NCBI GenBank assembly: GCA_964202895.1
Contig: CAXNJM010000001.1
Location: forward strand, 254,943-318,942
DNA length: 64,000 bases
Origin: Rickettsiales bacterium UBA1997
Lineage (GTDB): Bacteria; Pseudomonadota; Alphaproteobacteria; Rickettsiales; UBA1997
Direction: 5' to 3'
A program made the translations under genes and the position numbers. Shown piece by piece: positions 63,648-64,000 of this stretch. Each line of letters begins with the position of its first letter. The first letter of the stretch is position 1. The notes under the pieces are model-generated. The model was not told the DNA's origin. It searched no databases and worked only from the letters and a program-made list of their open reading frames with translations.

Positions 63648-64000
63648 ATGAGTTTCGTTTTTAGCCCTGAAAATCAAAAAACCGTTGCTGAAATTTTAGC
63701 AAAATATCCTGAAACTAGAAAAAAATCCGCTGTAATGCCCCTTCTAGATCTCGCTCAAAGACAAAATAACAATTGGGTCTCAAAAGAAATAATCCTTACT
63801 ATTTCAACAATTCTTGAAATACCAGAAATTAGGGTTTACGAAGTTGCTAGCTTCTACACAATGTATAACCTACAACCAGTTGGCAAATATCTCCTCCAAT
63901 TTTGCAAAACAACCCCCTGTATGCTTAGAGGGGCAGATGAACTTCTTAAAGCCTGCGAAAATAAACTTGGCATTAAACTTAACCAAACCACTGAAGATAA
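63648..64000 (+). CDS. nuoE: NADH-quinone oxidoreductase subunit E (5' part, runs off the window)
   Basis: MSFVFSPEN...KYP..RKKSAVMPLLDLAQRQ...EVASFYTMYNL.PVGKY..QFCKTTPCMLRG. Confidence 0.93.
   Translation, partial: MSFVFSPENQKTVAEILAKYPETRKKSAVMPLLDLAQRQNNNWVSKEIILTISTILEIPEIRVYEVASFYTMYNLQPVGKYLLQFCKTTPCMLRGADELLKACENKLGIKLNQTTED

Overview
Very AT-rich bacterial chromosome segment from an alphaproteobacterium, most likely Rickettsiales-like. Markers are the archaeal-type valS, CarD, IalB, petABC and RPE-like palindromes. It keeps many biosynthetic and environmental genes (argB, proA, bioA/bioD, thiE, aroE, purB, glpX/fbaB/pgi, photolyase), which suggests a basal lineage that is not strictly intracellular. 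Most of the window is housekeeping genes in heavily shuffled order, plus tRNA-Glu and tRNA-Cys. No transposase, integrase, CRISPR array or rRNA was seen. The most unusual features are: (1) an intact-looking alaS that lacks the whole N-terminal aminoacylation domain, either a split AlaRS beta chain or a large trans-editing factor; (2) a lipoprotein alpha-carbonic anhydrase that has lost all three Zn ligands; (3) a type IV pilin-like adhesin with LamG, Cys-repeat and Gly-rich parts, broken by a +1 frameshift; (4) a palindromic element inserted in frame in valS; (5) CarD with a long basic N-terminal and an acidic C-terminal extension; (6) a HIT-SdhE fusion; (7) an unannotated 45-aa membrane ORF where hslV would normally be. 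All calls come from motif recognition by eye; no searches were run.
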